DNA of 64,000 nucleotides from an uncultured Methanoregulaceae archaeon (GTDB lineage Archaea; Halobacteriota; Methanomicrobia; Methanomicrobiales; Methanospirillaceae), in NCBI GenBank assembly GCA_963737635.1, contig CAVTTL010000001.1, positions 672,001 through 736,000 on the forward strand. The letters run 5' to 3'. The notes beneath the pieces are model-generated. The model searched no databases and was not told the origin of the DNA. It saw nothing but the letters and a program-made list of their open reading frames with translations. Numbering within the stretch: the first letter of the stretch is position 1; every line of letters begins with the position of its first letter. Both the position numbers and the translations under genes were made by a program. Shown here one piece after another: positions 19,253-29,690 of this stretch.

Positions 19253-19912
19253 ATGGAATTCCTGCGCGTGGAGATATCGGCGATGACTGCGTCATTCCGG
19301 TATCCCATGTTCGTTGTTTCCTACCAGCCGACCTATCCGGTTCCACCGGTCTCTACACTCTACGGCCTTTTGTCTGCGGCCAAAGGATCAAAGGTTGCTC
19401 TTGATGAAGTCAACATCGGGTATTCGTTCACATCAGAAGGGAAAGGAATCGATCTTGAACGAATCTATGAATATGGCGATGAGAGCGAGAAAAAACCCGT
19501 GCACAGTCTCGGGACAAACATTGTCCAGAGAGAGTTTCTGTATAACTGTTATCTGACGCTTTACCTGTCGGATACCCGGTTTGCAGAATATTTCCAGAAC
19601 CCGGCGTACACCCTGCTCATGGGGAGGCAGACCGATCTGGCATACATAAAATGCATCAGGACCGTGGAACTTGATAAGAGACCGGATGTCGAAATCAATC
19701 ACACCATGGTTCCCTTCACCGGAGAAATTCCCGGTCAGATCATTTCCCTCCCATCCGATTTCACGGATACCGCACAGAGAAAACCCCTGAATGTAAAGAG
19801 TTATGCGATAATCACATCGCCACAACACATTCATGACGGTTTTTTCGATGCGGAAAAAGAGTGTGGGGTATTTATTCATGATTTCACCGGTGCTGGCAAA
19901 GAAAAACGGTGA
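19253..19912 (+). CDS. cas5: Type I-B Cas5
   Basis: TASFRYP...PTYPVPPVSTLYGLLSAA, REFL, LLMGRQTDL. Confidence 0.92.
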   Translation: MEFLRVEISAMTASFRYPMFVVSYQPTYPVPPVSTLYGLLSAAKGSKVALDEVNIGYSFTSEGKGIDLERIYEYGDESEKKPVHSLGTNIVQREFLYNCYLTLYLSDTRFAEYFQNPAYTLLMGRQTDLAYIKCIRTVELDKRPDVEINHTMVPFTGEIPGQIISLPSDFTDTAQRKPLNVKSYAIITSPQHIHDGFFDAEKECGVFIHDFTGAGKEKR

Positions 19913-22082
19913 GACGCTCCGCGATCATACCCAGAACTGTCTTGAACTTTTTGTCTTTTTCAAAGATTTGTTTCCCGGGCTGGATCAGAAATGCGGATAC
20001 CCTGAATTTTATGATGATATCGCCACAGCATTGTTCTTTCATGATTTCGGGAAAGCCTCAACCGGATTTCAGCGCCAGTTCCAGCCAAATAATCCCCAAT
20101 ATCATTATCGTCATGAAATCCTTTCAGTGCCGTTTGTTGAATCACTCCATTGGGGCGATACGGAATTTATTAAAGAACTGGTGCTGACTCATCACAAAAC
20201 CTTGGATCAGCTCAGCGATTATGTTGAACAGGAAGATTCACTTGATCCCGGTTTTGCTGATCGTTTATCTGAGATCAAAGAAAACCTCCCATACCTTAAT
20301 GACCTCATTGAGGATTTTCAACAACTCCCTGCTTGCAGTGAACTACCGCATAAGCCGCAAAAAATGGCCAGCCTCGATGTTTCAAAAGAGTGCTGGGAAA
20401 ATGTTTTACGGACAATGTACCGGGAAAACCGGGAGTCGTCCGATAAAAATGCCCGGTTAAGAAGAATTTTTGGCAAGGGCTTTGTCAACAGCTGCGATTA
20501 CATGGCATCTGCCGGGATCCGTACCGTACTAAAGCCGCTTGCCGATATTCACCCGGTATTTCCGTTTCAAAATCTTACAACCGTTCAGGATATCGTCGGC
20601 AGGACAAAAGGCAATGCGATCATTACTGCGCCGACCGGGTCGGGAAAAACCGAGGCTGCGTTGTTCTGGGCTACCTGCAACCTGGACGCAAACCGTGGAA
20701 ACAGGATATTTTACACTCTTCCCTATACAGCAAGCATCAATGCCATGTACGTCCGTTTGAAAAATGCATTATCTCCTAAGTACGCGGGTGAGGAGACCTG
20801 TGTCTCGCTGATGCACGGTAAAGCCTCGTACTATCTCTGGAAATTTTACGAAGAGACGGAACGCTTCGATTTTGTAAAATCCGTTTCAAAAAGGATTTAC
20901 AGTCCGTACAAAGTGATGACCCCTTTCCAGTCGATAAAACATTTTTTCTCGCTCAAAGGATACGAGATGGGGCTGCTGGAAACGTACCGGGGATTATTCA
21001 TCTTTGATGAGATCCATGCATATGATGCAAAAAATACAGCACTTATCCTTGGCATGACCGATTTTCTGGTCAATACACTTGATGCAAAAGTCCTCGTCAT
21101 GTCTGCAACATTGCCCACCTTCATCCGTTCCCGGTTCGCCGAATGTCTCGATGTGTCCGAAGAGATTCGAATGACAGCTCCTGAACTGTCGAAATATCTT
21201 AGGCACCGGTGCACAATCCTCGATGGAGATATTTTTGATCATATCGATCTGATCAAACAAAATCTCCGTGAAAAGAGAAAAGTCCTCATTGTCTGCAATA
21301 CCGTCAAGCGGGCTCAGGACGTTTATGAATTATTAAAAAATGAGACCGGCAACCGTGCACTTCTCCATGGTAAATATACCTTGAATGATAGGGAGAAAAT
21401 CGAAGGAACACTTGGGGAACGGAAATTGCTGGTCGGCACCCAGACCATCGAAGTCTCACTTGATATCGATTACGATATCTGTTTTACCGAGCCCGCCCCG
21501 ATTGATGCCCTCATCCAGCGGTTCGGACGGGTGAACAGGAGAAAGAACGCGGACGGAACCCCGCAGAAAGGGATTTGCCCGGTCTTCGTGTTCACGAAAG
21601 GATCGGAGAATGATCGCTTTATCTATAATGAACAGAAGGTTTCAAAAACTCTCGATCTCCTGTCCGGCCTCGATCTGCTCCATGAAAATCTCCTGCAGGA
21701 TATCACCGACAAAGTCTATGACGACGGCTTCGGCTCGCAGGAAACAGAGTTCAACGAGACCCAAACCCTCTTCCTGCACCTGATTGACGAACAACAACCC
21801 TACTGTAGTTCGAATCGGAGCGAATCAGATTTTTACCGGCTGTTCAGTGCAGTCGAAGCCGTTCCCTTGTGTTACGCTGCTGTATATGATGAGTGCATAC
21901 AGTCCGGAAGAATTTACGACGCAATGAAGTACGTCGTGCCCCTCACGCTCGGGCAGTACCACAAACTGAAATCAGAAAACCGGGTGAGTGAGAATAAAGA
22001 ACGAATTGTTATCGATGCAAAATATGACATGGAAACAGGACTGCTGATCGGCCAGCGGGATCCGTCAGCGATGACCATGTAA
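19878..22082 (+). CDS. cas3: Cas3 HD nuclease-helicase
   Basis: ETLRDH, HDFGK, APTGSGKT, DEIH, MSAT, QRFGRVNR. Confidence 0.96.
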   Translation: MISPVLAKKNGETLRDHTQNCLELFVFFKDLFPGLDQKCGYPEFYDDIATALFFHDFGKASTGFQRQFQPNNPQYHYRHEILSVPFVESLHWGDTEFIKELVLTHHKTLDQLSDYVEQEDSLDPGFADRLSEIKENLPYLNDLIEDFQQLPACSELPHKPQKMASLDVSKECWENVLRTMYRENRESSDKNARLRRIFGKGFVNSCDYMASAGIRTVLKPLADIHPVFPFQNLTTVQDIVGRTKGNAIITAPTGSGKTEAALFWATCNLDANRGNRIFYTLPYTASINAMYVRLKNALSPKYAGEETCVSLMHGKASYYLWKFYEETERFDFVKSVSKRIYSPYKVMTPFQSIKHFFSLKGYEMGLLETYRGLFIFDEIHAYDAKNTALILGMTDFLVNTLDAKVLVMSATLPTFIRSRFAECLDVSEEIRMTAPELSKYLRHRCTILDGDIFDHIDLIKQNLREKRKVLIVCNTVKRAQDVYELLKNETGNRALLHGKYTLNDREKIEGTLGERKLLVGTQTIEVSLDIDYDICFTEPAPIDALIQRFGRVNRRKNADGTPQKGICPVFVFTKGSENDRFIYNEQKVSKTLDLLSGLDLLHENLLQDITDKVYDDGFGSQETEFNETQTLFLHLIDEQQPYCSSNRSESDFYRLFSAVEAVPLCYAAVYDECIQSGRIYDAMKYVVPLTLGQYHKLKSENRVSENKERIVIDAKYDMETGLLIGQRDPSAMTM

Positions 22083-22192
22083 GGCTGGTCTTTTCCGGGA
22101 ATCCGGCACTTATTCACGCATCCGCCGGATACTGCACGAGAATCTTCTCCAGTTCCTGCTTTAAGGGAGGGATATTTACATGGACAACCATG

Positions 22193-22583
22193 TCAGATAT
22201 CTTTTGGATGCATCCGCCCGGCAGGAATACGATCAAAATCGTGGTCAAGGCTGACCAGTTTCAGGTTGTTTGCATCAGCTGCGACATACTGGTACGCGTC
22301 ATCAAAATCCATATCGTATTTTGTGCACACGGCGGGAACCTGCTTCAGTTCATCCGGGGAAAGGGAGAGGATTCCGATATCCCGCTCTTCAAGATCCTCA
22401 AGAAACCGGGTGTACTGTTCAGACTGTTTTTTGTGAATCAGGAATATACCGATTGAATACAGAGAAAAATCAGTCATAAAAAAAAGAAGTGTCGATCTCG
22501 CGGTTCAGGATTTCCCGGATCACCGGAGAATATTCCCTGTTCAGGAGTACTTCAAGAAAAATGTTGGTATCCAGAAGATACAC
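22193..22583 (-). CDS. vapC: PIN-domain VapC toxin (homopolymer frameshift near 22478)
   Basis: MYLLDTNIFLEVLL...DFDDAYQY...SLDHDFD. Confidence 0.8.
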
Positions 22584-22584
22584 T

Positions 22585-22797
22585 TCATTTCCACCAGTCG
22601 AGAATTTTTTTCTGGAGTTGTACAGAAGTGTATTCATTGTTCATATCTGCGCAACAGCCTGCCCATGCAAATTTCATCGTGCCATGACGCTTCTCAGGGG
22701 TCCGTGCTGAAAGGGCCTCGATGTACTTCAGCACCTTGCGCTGCACATCGGGACGCATTTTTTTCAGAACAGGTTCAACAGCATCAATTGACAGCAT
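22585..22797 (-). CDS. Putative antitoxin (DUF2281-like)
   Basis: 70 aa directly upstream of vapC; KFAWAG...YTSVQLQ...W pattern. Confidence 0.65.
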   Translation of the reverse strand: MLSIDAVEPVLKKMRPDVQRKVLKYIEALSARTPEKRHGTMKFAWAGCCADMNNEYTSVQLQKKILDWWK

Positions 22798-22818
22798 GGG
22801 CGCACCTTGTACCCCTCA

Positions 22819-22861
22819 TATTGTTTTTCCGGTTTATTGTTTTTCCGGTTTATTGTTTTTC
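22819..22861. repeat. Tandem repeat TATTGTTTTTCCGGTT x2.7
   Basis: Seen directly. Confidence 0.85.
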
Positions 22862-23248
22862 TCATGGTACTGGCTCATGCAAGGGATTGTACCCGTTTTT
22901 CGTATGGACTCTTGCCCTGTGTCCGGAAAACTCAAAGCATGTCCACTCACATAAGGGAACCGCTTCCGAGACAACCCGCGTACGGATCGATTCCCGCAGC
23001 AGGGGTACGGTACAGACATCCACCGGCCGTCCCAGGAGTTTCTCAAGATCGTACCCAAATCCGCCAAGATCAAAGAGGGTTCTTCCCGGCTCCAACTCGA
23101 CAAGAAAATCGATATCGCTCTTTTCATCGGCGGTGTGATGCGCGACTGAGCCGAAGATCCGGATGTGGGAAGCGCCGTACTTTCCAGCGAGACGAATAAT
23201 TTCTTCTCTCTTCAGATGGATCAGCTGATAAATATCCGATTGCACCAT
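22862..23248 (-). CDS. Minimal nucleotidyltransferase (MNT/MntA-like)
   Basis: IFGSVA...SDIDFLVE, LGRPVDV, EAVPL; the tail beyond EAVPL looks like read-through. Confidence 0.85.
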   Translation of the reverse strand: MVQSDIYQLIHLKREEIIRLAGKYGASHIRIFGSVAHHTADEKSDIDFLVELEPGRTLFDLGGFGYDLEKLLGRPVDVCTVPLLRESIRTRVVSEAVPLCEWTCFEFSGHRARVHTKNGYNPLHEPVP

Positions 23249-23413
23249 ATACCTGAAAAGATAGTGAGGATGTGAGACCTAAAAAGGATTCCCCCATAGT
23301 ATGGGGAGAATAGATCAGGGACATTAATCGTTCTCCCCTCTTTCTCCAGACATTTACACCTAAAGTTATGCCATTCTTCAATCTCGGCAGTCTGTCACAT
23401 CAGCCTTGGGGCA

Positions 23414-23644
23414 TCACACCTCATCAAGCAGCGAGAAATACTCTTCCCTAGAAATCCCGGCAGACTTCAGGTTACTCTTGACAATAAAAACAGGGACATC
23501 ATCCCAGTCCGGAATGACCAGAGGCCGTTTCACACCGGGTTTTGAAAAAACATAATGATCACCTTCAATTCTCCGGCAGGTAAAACCGGCACGCTCGAAT
23601 ACTTTTCGCAACCGCTTTGCCGGTACCGGAACAATCCTCGGCAT
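23414..23644 (-). CDS. hicA: HicA toxin
   Basis: GF...RIEGDH...PLVIP...LKSAGISREEY. Confidence 0.85.
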   Translation of the reverse strand: MPRIVPVPAKRLRKVFERAGFTCRRIEGDHYVFSKPGVKRPLVIPDWDDVPVFIVKSNLKSAGISREEYFSLLDEV

Positions 23645-23647
23645 TGA

Positions 23648-23911
23648 TCAGAGGCTGACTTCTTCTGCCGCGATAATTTTCGGGGGAACATACCGCCCAT
23701 CATGGTTTACGGTATAGTGAACTTCAGAAAGGATTTCCTCAAGGGTTCCCATTTTTTCAGCTTCTTCAAGGAACAATCGGATTGCGGTCCTGAGCATCTC
23801 CTTAGCGTGCTCAATGGAATTTCCGCAGCTCGAAAGGTCCAGCTCCGGACAATACGCCACATAAGTCTTTCCTTCCAAAAAGACGATCATATCGAAATTC
23901 ATTTTAATCAT
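23648..23911 (-). CDS. hicB: HicB antitoxin
   Basis: YVAYCPELDLSSCGNSIEHAKEML. Confidence 0.85.
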   Translation of the reverse strand: MIKMNFDMIVFLEGKTYVAYCPELDLSSCGNSIEHAKEMLRTAIRLFLEEAEKMGTLEEILSEVHYTVNHDGRYVPPKIIAAEEVSL

Positions 23912-24145
23912 AATGTGCCACCGTTCCGGCCATTGCAGGCTATCATTACCTTGTCTTTTGTTGATGATAATTTCTCTCTCATTCGCACGTGGACATGGTC
24001 ATCCTGATCGAAGGGCCGGTATTCCTGCTGACGAACCTTTTCAATCTTTTTTATGGACTTTTTGCCATGTTCCTGAGCTATTATCGGAAGTGACAGATTC
24101 TCATGCACACTCATAACACCCCATCCGGCGAAAAGATCCAATCTA

Positions 24146-24827
24146 TCATCTCCGCGTCCTTTTCCGGGACCGGAGAGAAGAATCCACCGAATCCATCCAT
24201 GCAAGAGCATCCGGGGTCTCCTCCCAGGCCCGGCGGTTGTCAAGGGCATAGACCACCGCCTCGCTCCTGTCTCCCCGGCTCATATACTCCGGGTGACGGG
24301 CAGGGAGCTTCTTTGTTCCCAGCAGGTACTGCGGGACAAACGGGTTCTCATCAACTGCTATCCGGAGGCAGGCATCCGCTGCCGGGCCCCGGCCCTCCTG
24401 CCGGAATTTCAGGAGCGCCCGGGAATACAGCCAGACAGCGGAACCGTCCTCTTCATACTCCTTAAGGAGATTCCCCAGCGCTTCGTTATCATCCTGTTCC
24501 AGCAGGCAGGTCGCCAGTTCGTACCTGGCCCCCTGGTTTGTCGTTCGGGTTGAGCCCGAGGAGATCGGTAAAAACGTCAATTGCCCGTGACCGCTCGCCC
24601 ATGAAGTGAAGCTGGAGCCCGAGCATGAACCGTGCACGCACTCCCTCCTCAAGAAGCCGGAGGGCCTCATTCTTATCAGGCATCGCTTCCTCAGCGAGAA
24701 TGACATATGCATCCGCACAGTCCCTTGAGATCGAAAGAGCCCGGCGGACCAGCTCAACCCGCTTTTTCCCCCGAGCATCAAACGCATCACAGATGATGTC
24801 CTGAGCCTCCGCGAGCGGCAATCTCAT
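24146..24827 (-). CDS. TPR/ST7-like helical protein (frameshift near 24540; possible internal deletion)
   Basis: ALSISRDCADAYVILAEE, LNPND(N)QGARY, NPFVPQYLLG, EAVVY...AW; split over two ORFs. Confidence 0.6.
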
Positions 24828-25595
24828 CGGTCATCCCTCCCTTTTACCACATTCACAAACCCGAACCCGAAACTGTTCCTCTCGCCAAACCCGGCATCGA
24901 GCCCGAACCCGACAATCTTCCGCTGCATGTCGTTCATATGGCTCCAGGAAAATTCCCAGAGGCTTCCTGCCGCCCCGTAACTCTTCCCGTCAATGATGTA
25001 CCGGGTATGCACGGTTTTTTTGAACAGGAATTCCTGGAAGAGCGGGAGCGTGCCAACCGAGGTCCCATACGCATCGTTGTATTTTTTGATCATGTTTTCT
25101 GAAAGCTGCTTAATGAATGCCTCAAACGAGATCTGCGGACGCCAGTACACGTTACCGGGGCCGGCGTTCATCAGCCGGCACCGCATAGAGATCGTAATTG
25201 TACTCCGGGATACGCAGCAGGATCGGCGTCGCGCAGATGATCCGGACCGGACCCTGGCCGAGTGAGGTCTCAACCGCTCTTACTCCATCGAGCGCAAACG
25301 CGCAGTCACCGATATGAATTTCTTTTTCAGCGTGACTCGTGGTAAGGTACTGCGCGAGGTGTTCAATGATCGTGCTGCCCGGCGATGCGATCATGAAGTG
25401 GCGCACGTCTCCCGTTTTCATATCGCCGAACGGGAAAATGTTCGAAAAACAGAACTGCTTGTAGCCGGGCTTGTCGTGCAGCAGGGGAAAACCCGCTTCC
25501 GCGATAAGTGAATAAACAAAACCCTGGAGCTTGTGGTACTCAAGCGAGACATCCTTCTGATCGTTTTTCGATATGAGCCGGAGCAGGAGGCGCAT
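24824..25595 (-). CDS. cas6: Cas6 endoribonuclease (1-bp frameshift near 25152)
   Basis: HKLQGFVY, FCFSNIFP, ATPILLR, C-terminal GFGERNSFGFG loop; split over ORFs 25152..25595 and 24824..25273. Confidence 0.88.
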
Positions 25596-25991
25596 AGTTA
25601 TGGGAATATTCTATTGATACTGGATAATCCCACCGAAATGTGTGTCGAATCTCTCCACCAGACGGTCTTCCTGAAGAGTCCTGTTAACGTGGAGAGGAAT
25701 AGTATATTTTTTTAAGCATGGAATTGATTATCGCCCAACAAGTTAACAAAGCCTTTTTATTGCCTTTCTAGCCCTATCGTGGCGCGGGCATACTAACCGA
25801 CCGGAAACGTTCTCCCTTCCAATTCCCAAAAATCGGAAAAATGATCTCTCGCGGTTTGAAACGAACGATAATGTTGATTACGCTAGACCACTATCGTTCT
25901 CGTAAACGGGCTGATGCAGGAATACCTATGACAGGCCTTTCGTGGTCACGTGGTTCGTTCCTTAAGGCCTTTGACAGAGGATGTGGTGAAC

Positions 25992-26564
25992 ATGGAACTT
26001 AAAGGGAGTAAGACAGAGAAAAATGTCCTTGCGGCATTTGCCGGGGAGTCTCAAGCCCGGAACCGGTACAGCTATTTTGGTAAGGTTGCAAAACAGGAAG
26101 GGTACGAGCAGATCGGAGCAGTCTTTTTACAGACCGCCGAAGAAGAAAAAGAGCATGCGAAATTGTTCTTTTCGCACCTCAAAGGGGGAATGGTTGAGAT
26201 TACTGCAGCGTACCCGGCCGGGGTGATTGGGAATACCAAGGAGAACCTCAAAGCTGCGGCAGACGGTGAGATGCTGGAGTGGGGTACGCTCTACCCGACC
26301 TTTGCCGGGACGGCAAAAGACGAGGGTTTTATCCCGATAGCCAATCTCTTCAAACAAGTAGCGATTGTCGAGAAGTACCATGAACAGAGATACAACCGGC
26401 TCCTGGCAAACCTGGAAAAGGGAACAGTGTTCCGGCGGGAGACACCGGTCAAATGGTACTGCCGGGAATGCGGGTACGTGTATGAAGGGACCAGTGCACC
26501 GCTGAACTGCCCGGCATGCAACAAACCCCAGGCGTATTTTGAGATGTACGCAGAGAATTTCTGA
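25992..26564 (+). CDS. rbr: Rubrerythrin
   Basis: AFAGESQARNRY, EKEHA, EKYHE, CRECG...CPAC. Confidence 0.95.
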   Translation: MELKGSKTEKNVLAAFAGESQARNRYSYFGKVAKQEGYEQIGAVFLQTAEEEKEHAKLFFSHLKGGMVEITAAYPAGVIGNTKENLKAAADGEMLEWGTLYPTFAGTAKDEGFIPIANLFKQVAIVEKYHEQRYNRLLANLEKGTVFRRETPVKWYCRECGYVYEGTSAPLNCPACNKPQAYFEMYAENF

Positions 26565-26591
26565 GATCCACCCTTTTTTCGGGTGAGTGCC

Positions 26592-27260
26592 TTACCGGAT
26601 CCAGCCCATCCGGACCCATCGGTCGTACTCATCCGTCCGCAGATCCCGGTTCTCTTCAACGATAGATCTGAAGGAAGCACGGTTGTCCGCGAAGATCGCT
26701 TCCTGCGCCGGATCAGAGTACCCATGCCAAACCGCGTCCACGAGTTTTTTCCCAAGCGCCAGAGCGGCAGGTCTCGACGTTTCAACGGATTCCGGTACCC
26801 CTCCGGTAGCGATGCCGATACCACCAACAGACATAACACCGAGATAATTGAGGACATGGTTGAGATAGGCAATCACTTCATCGCCGCCGGATTCAGCCGT
26901 CGTCGCGACTGAGCACCCGTGCTTTCCGAAGAGAATCTGGTAATGGATCGCATCCGCCAGCCGGTCAAAAAACACTTTCATCTGTCCGGTCACGTTGTCA
27001 ATATAGACCGGTGAACCAAAGACCAGAGCGTCCGCCTCTCTCATCCGGGCCACGAGTGCCGGGAAATCGTCATCATTGACGCAGATGCCGTTGAGGGTAC
27101 ACGCTTCGCAGGCAGTGCAGGGAATGATATGATAGTCGGCAAGGTCGATCATTTCGGTATCTGCACCGGTGTCCGCAGCGCCTTCGAGAACAAAACCGGC
27201 CAACCGGCGGGTAGTACTCCGGATCGTGCGGGGGCTTCCGTGGATTGCAAGGATCTTCAT
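26592..27260 (-). CDS. Iron-sulfur flavoprotein / multimeric flavodoxin family
   Basis: GSPR, CTACEACTLNGIC, GSPVY. Confidence 0.85.
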   Translation of the reverse strand: MKILAIHGSPRTIRSTTRRLAGFVLEGAADTGADTEMIDLADYHIIPCTACEACTLNGICVNDDDFPALVARMREADALVFGSPVYIDNVTGQMKVFFDRLADAIHYQILFGKHGCSVATTAESGGDEVIAYLNHVLNYLGVMSVGGIGIATGGVPESVETSRPAALALGKKLVDAVWHGYSDPAQEAIFADNRASFRSIVEENRDLRTDEYDRWVRMGWIR

Positions 27261-28009
27261 ATCTGGCATCCCTTCTTTGTCGTGCAAAATTCAAAGACGA
27301 CTTTCCTGTCGCCCGGACCGTGTGCCACATGGTCGCGCCTGACCAGTTCCGGAGGAGTAAAGCCGGCAGTGACCAAGTGCCGGATCAGGTCAGAGCGGGG
27401 TATCACCCGCGGTGGGCCCCGTTGATCAGGGTCACACGTATCACCGTCTTCGATCCCGAGCGTGGATCCAAAGAGGATCCCCCCGGGCCGAAGTACCCGC
27501 CACGCATGTGCCAGGTATTCATCGAGTTCGGCATCGTCAGCGATGACATGGATAACCGAGCCGGAATAGATCGTATCAAAGGTCTCCGACTCAAACGGGA
27601 AGGTATCGTTTACCGTGAAGAGATCGTACAGCTCATCCCGATCCAGGTACAGGTCGAACCCGAGATTGATACTCTCCCATGTGAGATCGAAACCGGTGAT
27701 CTGCACCCGGGGAAAACCATCCCGGAGAAGCTGCCGGATATTGTCACCGGTTCCGCAGCCATAATCAAGAAACGGGCCGGTGCGTTTCAGGGCATGTGCA
27801 TAAAAAAAATGGCCCCAGATCCGCGGTTCGCCAAGGATCGTTAGGATGTGTGGATAGGGAACACTGTCTTTTTCGTACTTCGCGACAAGCGTCTCATAGT
27901 AATGCTCCGGGTACGTAACGCCGAGCGCCCCGACCCGGTGCATCGCGGCAGAAAGTTCACCTTCAAGGGTTTTCCCGTTCTGGAACCTGAGGGAATGTAC
28001 GGCTGGCAT
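27257..28009 (-). CDS. Class I SAM-dependent methyltransferase
   Basis: LDYGCGTG, RVLRPGG. Confidence 0.85.
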   Translation of the reverse strand: MPAVHSLRFQNGKTLEGELSAAMHRVGALGVTYPEHYYETLVAKYEKDSVPYPHILTILGEPRIWGHFFYAHALKRTGPFLDYGCGTGDNIRQLLRDGFPRVQITGFDLTWESINLGFDLYLDRDELYDLFTVNDTFPFESETFDTIYSGSVIHVIADDAELDEYLAHAWRVLRPGGILFGSTLGIEDGDTCDPDQRGPPRVIPRSDLIRHLVTAGFTPPELVRRDHVAHGPGDRKVVFEFCTTKKGCQI

Positions 28010-28074
28010 GCTTCAATGAGATATGATGCGGTACCTTTTCTAGGATGTGGCAGGACCGGGCAGGTGCCCCAGAA

Positions 28075-29118
28075 TCAGCAGAAATCCTCGGTGATGTACA
28101 CCTTGTCATCAGATGAGATGGCAACCCCGATTCCCTCGCTGTCGTAGGTGGATGTCAGGATATTTTTCCGGTGCCCGGCGCTGTTCATCCAACCGGTGAC
28201 CGTGGACTGCGCAATCGCTTCCTGGGTACTCCACGCGTAAGAATACACACCGTTTGTGTACGTTACCGAGGTGTAGAGGTTATTCTGGAAGATGTTCTCA
28301 GCGATCCCATAGGTATAGTAGGAGCCATAGTTCTTGACACAGGTGTACCCGCTCGCGTTTCCCCGGGCAGTCGGGTCTTCTCCCGAGAGATCCGTATGCG
28401 AGAAGTAATGGTTCTGTGCCATGTCCGTGCTGTGGTTGAGCGCAAGCGCAGCAAGCGCCGGGTCTGCAGTGAGCGGAGCAAGGCCGTCTGCCGCCCGATT
28501 ATCGTTTATCAGTTCATGGATCCGGCTGGCGAGCGACAGGGTCGAGATCGGGTAGGGGTCATCCGAGAGTTTACCCGGGATCAAGGGGACGGGTGGCGTG
28601 GCAGTCACGGGTACGGTGGTTTGCTCAAGAACAGTCGGCGTTGAGGAGGGCAGGGGGGTTATCGCGGCGGGGACGGGCGTCACCAGGGTGATGGACACCG
28701 TCGCGGTAGGAATCGGCGTTGCCGTAGCAACGGGAGAAAAAGAAGACGTAATTTGGCTGGAAACCTCCAGTGTCGCATGGGTGCCAGAAGCAGGGTGCCC
28801 GGTCAGTACGATGAAAAGAATGACAAGAAGAATGATGACGACGATCGCCACCGCGATCTTCAGGTACGGGATGCCCCGGCCCGGAAGACGGGGTGGCTTT
28901 TTATCGTGCGGTGCCACTGCATAGCCACCGCCGTAAGCGCTTGCCCCACCCGCGCCATACCGGATGCCCACACCCGGGGCCGGGGTCTTTTTCCATGCTG
29001 CAAGGCCTGCGCACTCGTGGTTTGGCGGCAACCGGTGATCGTCACAGAAATTTTTCCCGCAATACTGGCAATGGAACGGAAGTGAGACCTTTTTCCCGCA
29101 GAAGTCGCAGCGTGGCAT
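28075..29118 (-). CDS. AN1 zinc finger + TM + Thr/Pro linker + CAP (SCP) domain protein
   Basis: CDFCG...CQYCG..FCDDHRLPPNHEC; HSTDMA, AENI, WMNSAGHRKNIL. Confidence 0.85.
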   Translation of the reverse strand: MPRCDFCGKKVSLPFHCQYCGKNFCDDHRLPPNHECAGLAAWKKTPAPGVGIRYGAGGASAYGGGYAVAPHDKKPPRLPGRGIPYLKIAVAIVVIILLVILFIVLTGHPASGTHATLEVSSQITSSFSPVATATPIPTATVSITLVTPVPAAITPLPSSTPTVLEQTTVPVTATPPVPLIPGKLSDDPYPISTLSLASRIHELINDNRAADGLAPLTADPALAALALNHSTDMAQNHYFSHTDLSGEDPTARGNASGYTCVKNYGSYYTYGIAENIFQNNLYTSVTYTNGVYSYAWSTQEAIAQSTVTGWMNSAGHRKNILTSTYDSEGIGVAISSDDKVYITEDFC

Positions 29119-29372
29119 TTCTCTTTCTCACTCTTGCCCGGAAACTCATAAGGGCTCCGGTCAGGATGCTCCGGAGACGCATGGAAACAACTTCTTCCGG
29201 CACTGTTAATGTGTCATGAGATAGAAAATGCCAAATTCAAAAAAACGATTTAAATGACTTAATTGCTCATTCCGACCATTTTTCCTGAAGAATAAAGAGG
29301 CCATATTTTCATCCCACACTCGGATAACAAAACCAGAAAAAGAATGATTCTATTCACGTTGAGTCTCATGAT

Positions 29373-29690
29373 CTAATTCAATTGTCTCCATCGAATATCA
29401 CCGATTATATCCAAATTTGTATTTAAGATAACTTTTGCCTCCCACGCGATAGCACCAATTCTCGTCGCTCGTGATTTTATATTCCGTTGCTCTTCAGCGG
29501 ATAAATCTGAGGGTTCATCCGTAATAGCCGATTTTACCTGGACAAGTATTTTACTCTCTTTACTATGCGCTTCGATGTCCGCTGAACCCGATGCGTGAGT
29601 ATCCCATTTATCAATAGTGAAACCTTTTCCTTTTAAAAATTCGACGGCATATCCCTCTCCGGCATTTCCTATTTCATATGGTGTTGGCAT
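29373..29690 (-). CDS. Small PD-(D/E)xK nuclease-fold protein (YraN/Hjc-like), AT-rich
   Basis: GNAGE...ADIEA...LVQVK. Confidence 0.65.
   Translation of the reverse strand: MPTPYEIGNAGEGYAVEFLKGKGFTIDKWDTHASGSADIEAHSKESKILVQVKSAITDEPSDLSAEEQRNIKSRATRIGAIAWEAKVILNTNLDIIGDIRWRQLN

Noticed and set aside
23908-24145. ORF 23908..24249 upstream of hicB
   Set aside because: Overlaps the TPR-like gene and has no recognisable motif; probably intergenic
25722-25737. ATTGATTATC shared between the cas6 upstream region and 16621-16630
   Set aside because: A 10-bp AT-rich match is too short to support a shared operator or guide target
5860-25950. Island integrated at tRNA-Lys with att sites
   Set aside because: No duplicated tRNA 3' end seen near the far boundary and no integrase in the window
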